Origin: Mycobacterium leprae TN | GTDB taxonomy: Bacteria; Actinomycetota; Actinomycetes; Mycobacteriales; Mycobacteriaceae | Assembly (NCBI RefSeq): GCF_000195855.1 | Contig: NC_002677.1 | Span: 2,250,001-2,282,000, forward strand | Direction of reading: 5' to 3' | DNA length: 32,000 nt | Part shown: piece by piece, positions 1 through 11,870 of the stretch | Layout: the number at the start of each line of letters is the position of its first letter | Numbering within the stretch: the stretch's first letter is position 1 | Made by a program: the position numbers and the translations under genes | Notes under the pieces: model-generated | Databases searched by the model: none | Seen by the model: the letters and a program-made list of their open reading frames with translations, nothing else | Told to the model about the DNA's origin: nothing

Positions 1-1061
1 CTTTGGACCTATTCAGGATCTGGTTCATTAATCGGAAAGCCGTTGAAAAACTTGGCCGCCATGCACCCTGACCGACAATTATCGGAATGCCAATAACTAC
101 CGCAGGAACCCGCGGAGTGCTGCTCACGCAACTCACGAAACAGCTTGGCATTCTTCCACACGTTAACAAAGCCAGTACCAAAACCATAGTAAGACAAAGC
201 TTTTGCCGTAAGAAAAACGGTCATGGATGACGACCATTGAGGCGTAAACATCACCCACTGGGTCAATGAAACACACCAGCAGGACCGCTACGCACATATT
301 CAAACCAGCCAAAGCACCCGACTGGCAGAGTGGCGACAGATGAAAGAAGGAACCACCGGAAAGCACCCACTCACTGTTAGCAACCAACCAATCGTAAAGC
401 TGTATTTGCTAAACAGTGTTGTTGAGGTGCACGTCTTTCCAGACATCGGCGTCACGGCCGGAGGGTCGCAGCCGGGTGATCCGCAAAGTGGCGCCATACC
501 AGCCTGCCAACGTGGCGAATTCGTCGAGTTCGTCAACATTGTGCCGAGTAACCACCACGGCGGTCTTCGCATCGGAGAAGCCTTCTACGGCAAGTTTTTC
601 CAATGCACACGTCGCCATGGCGAATGACCCGGCACCGCGGCTGGCGTCGTTGGCCTCGGCGACGGCACAGTCGAGCTAAATTTGAACATCCACATAGCAA
701 CGGGCTGCCAACCGCACGAAGAATCCGGCTGTGATCCGGACCCCTTTGGTAGAGAACTTCATTTTCTACATGGTACGCGGTCACGTCATGAACCAACTCC
801 CAAAAAGTCCATGAGTAAGGTAGGTTCACAGCCACTGATGTTGACATAAAACAGCCGCATGCGTTCTCGCTCGTCAATGATGTCCTTGTATGGCAAAGGT
901 AGACAACTCTCGGAGATCGAGCTCACCTGAAGACGACAAGCAGTGCACGTACGCGAGATTGATGCATACATCATATACCAGGTTAGGCAGATGGGAGCAT
1001 CCAGCCGCTCCTCGAGCTACTCTATCAGAAAGGGAACTCCGGCCTTCATTGGCGCTGTCAT
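1..1061 (-). pseudogene. mftC: Mycofactocin radical-SAM/SPASM maturase MftC, decayed; the 3' end runs off the left edge of the window
   Basis: Conserved MftC/PqqE-like blocks appear in several minus-strand frames. 'MTAPMKAGVPFLIE*LEERLDAPICLTWYMMYASISRTCTAC' starts at ATG 1061 and has a TAG at 1017-1019. 'VVVTRHNVDELDEFATLAGWYGATLRITRLRPSGRDADVW' is ORF 409-618, ending at the stop 409-411. 'GGSFFHLSPLC..LAGLNMC..CFIDPVGDVYA' is ORF 163-387. 'FVNVWKNAKLFRELREQHSAGSCGSYWHSDNCRSGCMAAKFFNGFPINEPDPE' is ORF 9-266. There are at least 2 in-frame stops and 1 frameshift. Confidence 0.8.
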
Positions 1062-1069
1062 TTGCTCTC

Positions 1070-1380
1070 CTTGAATTCCTGTTGAGCCACAAGCATGTTG
1101 GCACTTGGCCAACTCTTGGAACGCATACCAGTAGGGGGACCTGCCTGGATTCGTCAACCCCGGCAACGAGGCAATTGGATAGGACATCAAAATGGTAGGC
1201 GAGCGATTGCACCACTGCAAGGATGGTAAGATTTTTCAGGAACGATAGTTTGCCGGCGCCAAAGTGGTTACAGCAGAGCACCAAAAAGTTCTCGACGAAT
1301 CGCTAACTGTGGTTGTAACTTCCACCCGAGATTGGGGTCTCACAGCCACTAGTACTACGAGTCTACGTGGGTGCGGGCAC
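1070..1380 (-). pseudogene. mftB: Mycofactocin precursor-binding protein MftB, decayed
   Basis: The frame of ORF 874-1284 reads 'RFVENFLVLCCNHFGAGKLSFLKNLTILAVVQSLAYHFDV', resembling the MftB core (...FGAL.YHFG.RKLSFLKN..., recalled from memory). An in-frame TAG lies just upstream ('GGSYNHS*RF'). The remnant sits between mftA and mftC as in other mycobacteria. Confidence 0.6.
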
Positions 1381-1382
1381 CC

Positions 1383-1471
1383 TCAGCAGATATCGCACAT
1401 ACCATCGGTAGACATCTCTTCAACAGGATTTCTGTGACGAGATCTGCGCCAGCATCGGTCTCGTAGTCCAT
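1383..1471 (-). pseudogene. mftA: Mycofactocin precursor peptide MftA, disabled by a 1-bp deletion and an altered C-terminus
   Basis: The ATG at 1471-1469 gives MDYETDAGADLVTEIL. At about 1424 'ctgtt' stands where 'ctg gtt' is needed, shifting the frame. The shifted frame then reads VEEMSTDGMCDIC-TGA, with the stop at 1385-1383. The span is 89 nt, one short of 29 codons plus a stop. The family hallmark is a C-terminal ...DGMCGVY. Confidence 0.75.
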
Positions 1472-1586
1472 GCGAATTACTTTTTACCAAAGAGACTGAA
1501 CAACAGGTCGATCTGGTCACAATCGCCGCTGTAATATGGCATAGAATGCCGAAAAGAGTGCGGTTCAGTGCTGCCGTAGTCACGGG

Positions 1587-2150
1587 GTGGGCAAACGACG
1601 TTCGACAACGCCACATCAACATCTCCGACACGGCCTTCAAGTGGTGTTTGCCGCTCGGGATTTTGCCGAAGTGAGCTTCAACGAAATCACGGAGACAGCG
1701 GGCATCGCCCGCTGTCTCCTCTTCTGCCAATATGCGGCCAAAAGCTATCCCCCAGAGACGGCTTCAGCACCCGACTCGCTCAGCTAAAGGGCCTACTCAA
1801 CAACGTTTGATCCGCGTATTCCGCTGGAAGAAGCACTGTGCTCGGCATCGTTGGCCTTCCTTTCAATATCTTCGACGAGTCTGAGACAGTACTGCACCCC
1901 TAGCGCATCCGAATCATCTCCTGCAAACAACGGAACTGCAGACTTACTCGATAACGATGTACGCCGGCTGGCGTTAGATGACCGCCGAGTTTGTCGCAGG
2001 CCAGTTGGGCGTCAAGATGACCAACCTACTATCCCAAAAGATCTCCTGGCAAGGCTGTGGAGTCCGCACTACGGCCGCTACAAGCACTGACTGACTGATG
2101 AATCGGTGCAGTTGCCCAAGGCGCACTCGCTAACGTGTTAGACGTGGTCG
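1587..2150 (+). pseudogene. mftR: TetR-family regulator divergent from mftA (MftR / Rv0691c position), decayed
   Basis: ORF 1587-1787 contains a TetR N-terminal helix-turn-helix, 'LRHGLQVVFAARDFAEVSFNEITETAGIARCLLFCQYAAKS'. It stops after 66 codons and no continuous downstream frame follows. The 3' border is approximate. Confidence 0.6.
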
Positions 2151-2189
2151 AGGCCCAACTCGCAAAGCTCAACCCTGAACCACACCGGC

Positions 2190-2890
2190 TACGATACAGA
2201 GCGAAGCAATGAGAATACTTCCTGCTTACGCGAGGAGAACGGCGCATATGCTTGCCAAGCACCTGTTGCACACGCTGCGATCGCAGAAGAGGTCTGTACA
2301 ACCTACTCTCCGATGCACTCCGCGGTGCTGGAACTCGCGGCCAACGACGTCGAAACCGGGCAGGGTCTTCGCGACCATCTTGGCCGGACACGAAAACGCC
2401 CCAGCACGCCAAGGGGTGCCGTTTCGGCTGCTCGGCGGACTGTATCGATTGCAGACGGATAGTTGGGCAACAGAAGAATTATGTCACTGGTATCCCAGCG
2501 TCGGCTGCTGCTGGTACGCCGAATCCAGCTTGCCCTATAGCATTCCACACCGCCACCGACCGGATCGAATCACTACTTGCAACATTAGGTCAACCACCAC
2601 ATACCAACGAGGTCGGTCAATCCGGGGTGCTGATCAGTGGGCTGCTGCACCTGATTCATCAAGAGGGTCACCAATTCTCTTTCCCGGAAAGATCTTTCGA
2701 TTTCTGATCGAACGCTGAGCTTAATCTGCAGGCAGACCCTACTGGCAGGTTCGGTTCGGATCGTCTAACTGAACGGGTAAAACGTCACGACCCTCGAGGT
2801 CACCAGCTCCGACGGAAAATGACGGTGTTGAGCTACGCCTAGTCCGACCAGAGCGCACGGCTGCAACGGCTGTAAGGCGTCATCGCTGTA
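2190..2890 (+). pseudogene. DUF2332-like protein (Rv0690c position), frameshifted and 3'-truncated
   Basis: Two overlapping plus-strand frames each carry family-like blocks. ORF 2209-2718 has 'PFRLLGGLYRL...YPSVG'. ORF 2252-2707 has 'LGQPPHTNEVGQSGVLISGLLHL'. The family name is recalled from memory. Confidence 0.5.
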
Positions 2891-2892
2891 GG

Positions 2893-4240
<1,348 letters not shown>

Positions 4241-4249
4241 CCGTTGCCA

Positions 4250-4740
4250 GCCTCTCGACCATCGCGGGCGCCACGGCCCACAGGGTGCGCCAAGTGGCCG
4301 TCAGGTTGATACTCGATGACGCGGTGTCCACTGCTCATCTGGGCTGAAGCCCCATAACCGCCTCAGCTTAGTACGCTAGTGTTGGGCAAGCAGAAGAATT
4401 TGTCGAGCCGGCCGAATTGCTCGGCGCCGTCGGCCACCCAGCTGCTTTAGCGCTGCATCGGCGCGGTCTACCTCGCTGGCCAACAAAACACCCTGCGGCC
4501 CTAGGCTTCTAGCCGCACCAGGCGAGCTCGTTGAGGTCCTCCAGACATGACCGTCGGGTAGATTACAGACTACACTACTGTCTGTATACCGGAACGCATA
4601 TATGCGAGGGCGCATAATATCGGCGCCTTCGCGGATTAGCTGCACCGCACGCGAGTGTACCTGGGCACAAGCGGCGCCAGTGACAAACGTAACCTATCCA
4701 TGCAGCGATCCAGCCTGCATCGCCACTTCGCCAATTCTTT
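4250..4740 (-). pseudogene. Short-chain dehydrogenase/reductase (Rv0687 position), with a nonsense codon and C-terminal half missing
   Basis: Manual minus-strand translation of 4621-4700 gives 'G*VTFVTGAACAQVHSRAVQLIREGADI', the SDR GK-V-A-F-V-TGAA-RGQG region with TAG replacing Lys. ORF 4140-4331 carries 'INLTATWRTLWAVAPAMVERLATG', a mid-SDR block. Confidence 0.6.
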
Positions 4741-5029
4741 CGCCGTCGCTGCGCCAACTGATAGGCCAACAGCAAAAAATAAAACTGTTATAGGCTATCC
4801 TGCGTAGTCGGAATTCAGAGATAATCTGAACCCAGCCTGGCATTGTACTTCTGTTTTGGCCAAAACACCGCTGACGCGGAGCGTCTCGAGCTCCTGGAGC
4901 CATTGCTCGATCGACGGTTGCGACGGCGAGACGACCAGTACCAAGTTGGACAGCCGATGCTTACTGTTCGGTCACCCCCAGTGCACAAACGCTTAGATCT
5001 ACTAATCTAGTCTCAGATACGACCGGATG

Positions 5030-5570
5030 TCAACCATTCAGTTGAGCAGAACATTGTTGATCTAGAAGATCTGTAGGATATCCATCAACGGGCCAGTTTG
5101 CCCATTGAAGTCCGTAGGTTTGGTTGGCTTCGGCCACAGTGAAAAATTGCGCGGGCACCAGCACGTTGACCAAAGTTCCTCGCTCGCCGTCTATTTCAGT
5201 ATTCCTAGGTGGTCGGGTTAACCAGATGACGAGCTTATGTGCATTGAAGTTGCCCAGCCGTATAGCGCTGGCAATGACCAAGTCTTTGACTACATAAATG
5301 GCAAAAACCAGATCCGAAGACTGCAAGCTTACCTTCCACCACGGGTTGTTCATTTATACGAGCACCCGTCTCGGTGAGCCCGGTAATTTGGGCGAGCGCC
5401 AACACCCCGTGCTGCTCAAGCTCCGCGGTTTTGTCAGCGGATTTAGCCCCGTAGTTAGGTGAACACCAGCGCTATCAACACGTCAACGACGGTGATGAGC
5501 AGACCAACATAGGAACATATATTACAGCAGGATGCCCAATCCCAGGACGAATTAGACAACCAGAAAGATC
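5030..5570 (-). pseudogene. Membrane-anchored conserved hypothetical protein remnant (Rv0686 position), frameshifted
   Basis: One minus frame reads 'KSADKTAELEQHGVLALAQITGLTETGARINEQPVVEGKL'. The homology-like text then continues in the frame of ORF 5030-5353 ('VFAIYVVKDLVIASAIRLGNFNAHKLVIWLTRPPRNTEID'). A hydrophobic stretch lies upstream at about 5480-5560. I cannot name the family. Confidence 0.3.
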
Positions 5571-5703
5571 TGCCCGACTAGGCCACCTCACAGCAAGGCC
5601 AACAACTGTGTCTTAAGACAGCGTGCTAGTACCTGCATCCCCTCGCCGCGCAGGTAAGTACATGCTACATTAAGCGCCAGCGAGACTGCCACGAGCCGCA
5701 TAA

Positions 5704-5746
5704 ACTCAAAAGAAACGGCGCCTATCCTTTCGGATGAGCGCCGTTT
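5704..5746 (-). terminator. Rho-independent terminator downstream of tuf
   Basis: A perfect 9-bp stem pairs aaacggcgc (5713-5721) with gcgccgttt (5738-5746), with inner atcc/ggat pairing. On the minus-strand transcript the hairpin is followed by CUUUUG. It lies 44 nt after the tuf stop. Confidence 0.7.
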
Positions 5747-5789
5747 CGCAAATGTGGACCGTTGTAACCACCTGGCCCGTTGATGCGAC

Positions 5790-6980
5790 TTACTTGATGA
5801 TCTTGACGACCCGGCCGGCACCAACAGTGCGACCACCTTCGCGGATCGCGAAGCGCAAACCCTCGTCCATGGCAACGGGCTGAATCAACGTCACCGAGAT
5901 GTTGGTGTTGTCACCTGGCATCACCATCTCGGTGCCCTCCGGCAAAGTCACCACACCGGTCACATCAGTGGTACGGAAGTAGAACTGCGGACGGTAGTTG
6001 TTGAAGAACGGTGTGTGCCGACCACCTTCGTCCTTGGACAGGATGTATACTTGGCCTTCGAACTCGGTATGCGGGGTGGTGGTGCCGGGTTTGATGACCA
6101 CCTGACCACGCTCGACGTCCTCGCGCTTGATGCCACGCAACAACAGACCAACGTTATCACCGGCCTGACCTTGGTCGAGCAGCTTACGAAACATTTCCAC
6201 ACCCGTGACGGTGGTCTTGGTGGTCGTCTGACGAATGCCGACGATCTCAACTTCCTCGTTCACGTTGACCACGCCGCGCTCCACCCGACCGGTGACCACG
6301 GTGCCACGACCGGTGATAGTGAAGACGTCCTCAACGGGCATCAGGAACGGCTTGTCAGTCTCGCGGACTGGAGCCGGGATCGACTCGTCGACAGCGTCCA
6401 TCAACTGTGTGACAGACTCGACCCACTTGGCGTCACCCTCGAGCGCCTTCAATGCCGAGACACGCACAACCGGGGCGTCCTCGTCGAATTCCTGGGCAGC
6501 CAGCAACTCACGGACTTCCATCTCGACAAGCTCGAGTAGTTCCTCGTCGTCCACGGCGTCGGACTTGTTAAGTGCGACCAGGATGTAAGGTACACCCACC
6601 TGACGAGCGAGCAGCACGTGCTCGCGAGTCTGCGGCATCGGGCCGTCTGTAGCAGCGACCACCAGAATCGCACCATCCATCTGGGCCGCACCGGTGATCA
6701 TGTTCTTAATGTAGTCGGCGTGCCCCGGGGCGTCGACGTGAGCATAGTGACGCTTCTCGGTCTGATACTCCACGTGGGAAATGTTGATGGTGATACCGCG
6801 CTGACGCTCCTCGGGCGCGTTGTCAATCTGGTCAAAGGCGCGCGACTCATTCAGGTTGGGGAACTTGTCATGCAGGACCTTGGTAATAGCCGCGGTCAAT
6901 GTGGTCTTGCCGTGGTCAACGTGACCGATGGTCCCGATGTTGACGTGCGGCTTCGTCCGCTCGAACTTCGCCTTCGCCAC
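5790..6980 (-). CDS. tuf: Elongation factor Tu
   Basis: An intact 396-aa ORF begins [32 protein letters not shown] and ends [18 protein letters not shown]. It carries GTPase G1-G4 motifs and sits at the end of the str-operon order. Confidence 0.99.
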   Translation of the reverse strand: MAKAKFERTKPHVNIGTIGHVDHGKTTLTAAITKVLHDKFPNLNESRAFDQIDNAPEERQRGITINISHVEYQTEKRHYAHVDAPGHADYIKNMITGAAQMDGAILVVAATDGPMPQTREHVLLARQVGVPYILVALNKSDAVDDEELLELVEMEVRELLAAQEFDEDAPVVRVSALKALEGDAKWVESVTQLMDAVDESIPAPVRETDKPFLMPVEDVFTITGRGTVVTGRVERGVVNVNEEVEIVGIRQTTTKTTVTGVEMFRKLLDQGQAGDNVGLLLRGIKREDVERGQVVIKPGTTTPHTEFEGQVYILSKDEGGRHTPFFNNYRPQFYFRTTDVTGVVTLPEGTEMVMPGDNTNISVTLIQPVAMDEGLRFAIREGGRTVGAGRVVKIIK

Positions 6981-7088
6981 TTCTGTGTCCTCCTGGACTA
7001 TTGGTGCTTGTAAAAAGCAATGTTAGTAATTTATCCGCGGTAGTGACCGCGTCAGCATAACTCGTAGGCTTTTCCGACCACTCAACTC

Positions 7089-9194
7089 CTACTCGCCCGT
7101 CGCCTTCGCGATGATCTCCTTCGACACGTTCGCCGGCACTTCGGAGTACGAGTTGAACACCATGGAGTAGTTCGCCCGGCCTTGCGTCTTGGACCGCAGG
7201 TCTCCGACGTAGCCGAACATCTCCGACAACGGCACGTGCGCCCTCACGACACGCGTGCCAGCGCGCTCCTTCATTGCCTGAATCTGGCCGCGGCGGGAGT
7301 GCAAGTCGCCGATCACGTCACCCATGTAGTCCTCGGGCGTAGTGACCTCGACGGCCATGATCGGTTCCAGAATCACCGGCTGTGCTTGCGCAGCAGCCTT
7401 TTTCAGCACCTGCGAACCAGCGATTTTGAACGCGATTTCCGACGAGTCGACGTCGTGGTACGCACCATCAAGCAGGGTAACCTTTAAGTTCACCAGCGGG
7501 TAGCCGGCCAGCACACCGTACTGCATGGCATCTCGCGCACCAGCTTCCACAGAAGGGATGTATTCGCGCGGGATGCGGCCACCAGTGACTTTATTCTCGA
7601 ACTCATAGGTCGCGCCGTTCTCGCCGCTAAACGGCTCGAGTTTGATGATGACCTTGGCGAACTGACCCGAACCACCAGTCTGCTTCTTGTGAGTGTACTC
7701 GACGGTCTCCACGACTCGGCGGATGGTCTCTTTGTACGCCACCTGCGGCTTGCCGACATTGGCCTCGACCTTAAACTCGCGGCGCATCCGATCGACCAGG
7801 ATGTCCAGATGCAACTCGCCCATTCCGCCGATCACAGTCTGACCGGTTTCGGAGTCCAAGTGCACCTTGAAGGTCGGGTCCTCTTCAGCGAGCTTCTGGA
7901 TCGACAGGCTGAGCTTCTCCTGGTCGCTCTTAGTTTTCGGCTCGATGGCCACCTCGATCACCGGGTCGGGGAAGGTCATCGACTCGAGCACGATCTGGTT
8001 ATTCGGGTCGGCTAGAGTGTCGCCGGTGGTGGTGTCCTTGAGTCCGATCACCGCGTAGATATGACCGGCTGACGCAGTCTCCACCGGGTTTTCCTTGTTG
8101 GAATGCATCTGGAACAGCTTGCCCAGACGCTCCTTCTTGCCTTTGGTCGCGTTAATGACCTGACTGCCGGAATCAACCTTGCCAGAGTACACCCGGACGT
8201 AGGTAAGCTTGCCGAAGAAGGGATGTGTCGCCACCTTGAACGCCAGCGCGGATAACGGTTCATCGGTCGACGGCTTACGGACGATCTCCTCGTCCTCTTT
8301 GCCCGGTACGTGGCCGATGGCCGCCGGCACGTCCAACGGCGAGGGCAGGTAGTCGATGACGGCGTCGAGCATCGGCTGGACACCTTTGTTCTTGAACGCG
8401 CTACCGCACAGTACCGGGTACGCCTCCGAGCTGATAGTCAACTTGCGGATCGCCCCCTTAATCTCGGCGACCGTGAGCTCTTCGCCACTGAAGTATTTTT
8501 CCAGCAACGCCTCGTCGGTTTCCGCGACGGTCTCGAGCAGGTTGGTACGGTACTCCTCGGCTTTCTCCTGCAAATCTGTCGGTATGCCAACGACATCGTA
8601 CTTCTCACCGAGCTTGGCCTCAGTACTCCACACCTTGGCCTTCATCTCAACCAAGTCGACGACACCTTCAAAGTCCCCCTCAGAGCCGACAGGTAGCTGA
8701 ATGGGAATGACGTTGGCGCCCAACCGCTCCTGCATGGTGCGAACCGAAAAATAGAAGTCGGCGCCGATCTTGTCCATCTTGTTGACGAAGCAGATACGCG
8801 GGACCTCATATTTATCAGCCTGCCGCCAAACCTGCTCGGACTGCGGCTCGACACCTTCCTTGCCGTCGAAAACCGCAACGGCGCCATCAAGAACACGGAG
8901 CGAACGCTCAACTTCCACAGTAAAATCAACGTGGCCAGGCGTGTCAATAATGTTGATCTGGTTGTCATTCCAAAAGCAAGTAGTGGCAGCGGAGGTGATA
9001 GTGATCCCGCGTTCTTGCTCCTGCTCCATCCAGTCCATGGTTGCGGCACCGTCGTGAACCTCACCAATCTTGTAGCTGATACCGGTGTAGTAGAGGATGC
9101 GCTCTGTCGTCGTCGTCTTGCCGGCATCAATATGCGCCATGATGCCGATGTTGCGGACCTTAGTGAGATCGGTCAGCACGTCCTTTTGTGCCAC
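7089..9194 (-). CDS. fusA: Elongation factor G
   Basis: An intact 701-aa ORF begins [38 protein letters not shown]. It lies between rpsG and tuf. Confidence 0.99.
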   Translation of the reverse strand: MAQKDVLTDLTKVRNIGIMAHIDAGKTTTTERILYYTGISYKIGEVHDGAATMDWMEQEQERGITITSAATTCFWNDNQINIIDTPGHVDFTVEVERSLRVLDGAVAVFDGKEGVEPQSEQVWRQADKYEVPRICFVNKMDKIGADFYFSVRTMQERLGANVIPIQLPVGSEGDFEGVVDLVEMKAKVWSTEAKLGEKYDVVGIPTDLQEKAEEYRTNLLETVAETDEALLEKYFSGEELTVAEIKGAIRKLTISSEAYPVLCGSAFKNKGVQPMLDAVIDYLPSPLDVPAAIGHVPGKEDEEIVRKPSTDEPLSALAFKVATHPFFGKLTYVRVYSGKVDSGSQVINATKGKKERLGKLFQMHSNKENPVETASAGHIYAVIGLKDTTTGDTLADPNNQIVLESMTFPDPVIEVAIEPKTKSDQEKLSLSIQKLAEEDPTFKVHLDSETGQTVIGGMGELHLDILVDRMRREFKVEANVGKPQVAYKETIRRVVETVEYTHKKQTGGSGQFAKVIIKLEPFSGENGATYEFENKVTGGRIPREYIPSVEAGARDAMQYGVLAGYPLVNLKVTLLDGAYHDVDSSEIAFKIAGSQVLKKAAAQAQPVILEPIMAVEVTTPEDYMGDVIGDLHSRRGQIQAMKERAGTRVVRAHVPLSEMFGYVGDLRSKTQGRANYSMVFNSYSEVPANVSKEIIAKATGE

Positions 9195-9287
9195 AAAAGT
9201 CTTCCCACTCTATTCGGTTGCTTGATTAGCTATCAGTCTGCTTTGCTGGCTCCTCGCTGATGTTGCTCTCTCCGGTGGCGCCATCCT

Positions 9288-9758
9288 CTACCAACGATAG
9301 TGCGCAAACGCCCGGTTTGCCTCAGCCATCTTATGGGTGTCTTCGCGCCGCTTCACGGAGGCTCCGAGACCATTGCTAGCATCCAGGATCTCGTTTGCCA
9401 AACGCTCAATCATGGTCTTCTCCCGACGTTGCCGCGAGAAGCCGACGAGCCAGCGCAACGCCAGCGTGGTCGATCGGTCTGGCCGAACCTCGACAGGCAC
9501 TTGATAAGTCGCACCGCCAACGCGACGGCTACGCACCTCGAGGGCCGGCTTAACGTTGTCGAGAGCACGCTTGAGAGTGATGACGGGATCGGTGCCGGTC
9601 TTGTCGCGGGCGTGCTCGAGCGCACCATAAACAATGCGTTCGGCCAGCGATTTCTTCCCTTTCAGCAGAATTTTGTTCACCAGCTGGGTGACCAACTGCG
9701 ACCCATAGACAGGGTCGTTGACCAACGGACGCTTGGGTGCGGGCCCCTTGCGTGGCAT
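9288..9758 (-). CDS. rpsG: 30S ribosomal protein S7
   Basis: An intact 156-aa ORF begins [20 protein letters not shown]. Its start overlaps the rpsL stop (TGATG). Confidence 0.98.
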   Translation of the reverse strand: MPRKGPAPKRPLVNDPVYGSQLVTQLVNKILLKGKKSLAERIVYGALEHARDKTGTDPVITLKRALDNVKPALEVRSRRVGGATYQVPVEVRPDRSTTLALRWLVGFSRQRREKTMIERLANEILDASNGLGASVKRREDTHKMAEANRAFAHYRW

Positions 9759-10132
9759 CAGCTCTTCTCCTTCTTGGCTCCATAGCGGCTACGAGCCTGC
9801 TTCCGGTTCTTGACACCCTGGGTGTCGAGCGAACCGCGAATGATTTTGTAACGCACACCAGGCAGATCTTTCACCCGGCCACCACGCACCAACACCATGG
9901 AGTGTTCCTGTAGGTTGTGACCCTCGCCTGGTATGTACGCTGTGACCTCAACCTGACTCGTCAGCTTCACGCGGGCAACCTTGCGAAGCGCCGAGTTCGG
10001 CTTCTTCGGGGTGGAAGTGTACACACGGGTGCAAACACCGCGACGCTGTGGGTTGCCCTTCAGAGCCGCAGTCTTGACCTTGCCAATCTTGTCTCGACGA
10101 CCCTTGCGTACCAGCTGCTGAATGGTGGGCAT
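9758..10132 (-). CDS. rpsL: 30S ribosomal protein S12
   Basis: The tracked ORF (9758-10219) has a 29-codon N-terminal extension that I do not accept. The conserved S12 start [15 protein letters not shown] is residue 30, placing the ATG at 10132. A GGGAG Shine-Dalgarno sequence lies upstream. The protein is 124 aa. Confidence 0.97.
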   Translation of the reverse strand: MPTIQQLVRKGRRDKIGKVKTAALKGNPQRRGVCTRVYTSTPKKPNSALRKVARVKLTSQVEVTAYIPGEGHNLQEHSMVLVRGGRVKDLPGVRYKIIRGSLDTQGVKNRKQARSRYGAKKEKS

Positions 10133-10329
10133 ATACCGGCTCCCAGGTAAATTGTGTTCGTTGTTAACATGTTGGCGTAGTGCAATTATTCCCTGCCGCA
10201 GTGCCCTGTGATCGGGCATGTCGCATATACTCGCCCCGTAACCCTAAATACTAAAATCCGTTGCATCATGGACATGCGAATTAGCCCGGCATCACACCCC
10301 TAAACATCAGGCGCCGTAAGCCGTCAGGA

Positions 10330-11455
10330 ACGAGAAACACAATACCCGTCCCTGCTCGGGCAGGTCAAAGCGACCCAACGGCGCATCCGAAATGCCCACC
10401 GATGCCGACAGGTTGCGCTAAAGCTCAGCCGGCGGCCATACCACTTGCCACTGCAAAAGCGCCCACCACAGGAAGCGAAACCGCTACAGCTCGTCGAGAT
10501 TACTATCGCACTCAAAGCTACGCAACTGCTACAGACGCGCGTGGCAAGTCAATTCGGTGATGACGGAGTAGTTGAAGGCGAGGCCAAGATGGCGGCGACT
10601 GCCACTAAGACCACCACCGACCGCCGGTGGCGTGCCTGACATGCCGAACACAAAAGCTACCTGGAAAGACGGACCATCAAACAAATTCGGGGTGCAGCCC
10701 AGAAACCGAGAGAGTGCAGTCGGCCAGCACAGGTACCGACGCTCAAAAACTGCTCCTGTAAGCCCACCGCAACAAAATCCTCGGCAACTCTTAAAGTCCA
10801 TATCCATAGTAGCAAACCAGTAACGCTTTGTACGTGCTGTACAATCGAGCTTGTCTCAACAGAACTCACACCTTGTGCAAACACAAAAGCGAAGCCGCGC
10901 AGCCCCGTCAACAGCCCAACAGTTAGAGCACTACTCGCGATCAGAGGCACAAAACGCTAGTACCCAAGCTTACGCATGATCCGTTTCCGAGAAATCAACA
11001 GCAGCGCAACGCCCACACCCACTGGGGCAAGCCACCACGATAAGCGCCAGCACAAACACTTACTACCATTAGCAAGACCGCCTTATGCTGCCAGCGAGCC
11101 TGCTCATTCTCAATAAGAGGTATCATTCACCACTTCGTGCCCCTGCTGCTAGGCACAAACGTTCCAGCGTCATACGTAAACCCACCGTCTCAATCATCGA
11201 AACAACACTCTAATTCGGGAAGTGGTCAGCAGCGTAATCGATTACCACAACAAATATGGGGTAATCGATTAGTCGTGTGCACGAACACAAAAGCCGCATA
11301 CGAATAATTGCTCTTCGCTAAGCCACCAGGCTAATATTCGCAACACCAAGCTACCGTGGACTGCACAACCGCCTCAACCGAATCGAGAAGGCCAGTGCGT
11401 AACACATGCGTATCAACGCTGGCAAACAACAGTCAGAACGCCGCGACATATCATT
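10330..11455 (-). pseudogene. Possible GT1-family (MGT-type) glycosyltransferase remnant downstream of the methyltransferase pseudogene
   Basis: Two motif-level matches fall at the expected spacing. An N-terminal 'MSRRSDCCLPALIRMCYALAFSIRLRRLC' starts at the ATG at about 11449, resembling the ..G.RGDV.P..ALA..LR.LG block. A C-terminal 'PNLFDGPSFQVAFVFGMSGTPPAVGGGLSGSRRHLGLAF' in ORF 10529-10807 resembles the vvHHGGAGT..a.l.aG.P block. There are many stops and no continuous frame. Confidence 0.3.
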
Positions 11456-11700
11456 TTTGACGAAGCAGTACATCCGATAGGAAAATATCTCGCTTTCCAG
11501 CGCATGACGGGAGATCGATACCCACCTAGCTGCTAAATCACAGACTAAGCGTTGCAGCCAAGCTGATATATTAAGTATTCAGTCATGCCCATCCACTGTT
11601 ACGAATTTTTCCCTTGCCCACGCCTAACCTCGGTGATAGCATCCCTGTGCAACACCACTCGCATCGGAGCGTCAGCCAACATCACCTCCTATGCGACAAC

Positions 11701-11726
11701 ACCATTGTTGGGGACCATTGTTGGGG
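11701..11726. repeat. Perfect 13-bp tandem duplication (accattgttgggg x2)
   Basis: Read directly: 11701-11713 equals 11714-11726. It lies inside the methyltransferase pseudogene. Thirteen is not a multiple of 3, so the duplication shifts the frame. Confidence 0.95.
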
Positions 11727-11844
11727 CTAGAAATCGGCGTATAGGAAACGTCCTTCCGACCGCAGCACGCCCGCCACCATTCGGCAAGAAATCATGGAAG
11801 ACCGGAGATAATTAAGTCGAGGATTCGATGTTGACGACGGCATC

Positions 11845-11870
11845 GAAAGATTGCTCGGAAAGATTGCTCG
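11845..11870. repeat. Perfect 13-bp tandem duplication (gaaagattgctcg x2)
   Basis: Read directly: 11845-11857 equals 11858-11870. On the minus strand it follows '...LPFAEQSF'. Removing one copy restores 'EQSFDAVVNIES', matching the family block ESFDVVLNVEAS. Confidence 0.95.

Noticed and set aside
5030-5353. The 107-aa ORF (MNNPWWKVSLQ...) taken as an intact hypothetical gene.
   Set aside because: The homology-like text upstream ('TGLTETGARINEQPVV') is in a different frame and runs across the ORF's ATG. This indicates a frameshifted larger gene rather than a stand-alone CDS.
10133-10219. N-terminal extension of the rpsL ORF ([29 protein letters not shown]...).
   Set aside because: S12 universally starts MPTIQQL. 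That Met has its own GGGAG Shine-Dalgarno sequence, and the extension has no homology-like content.
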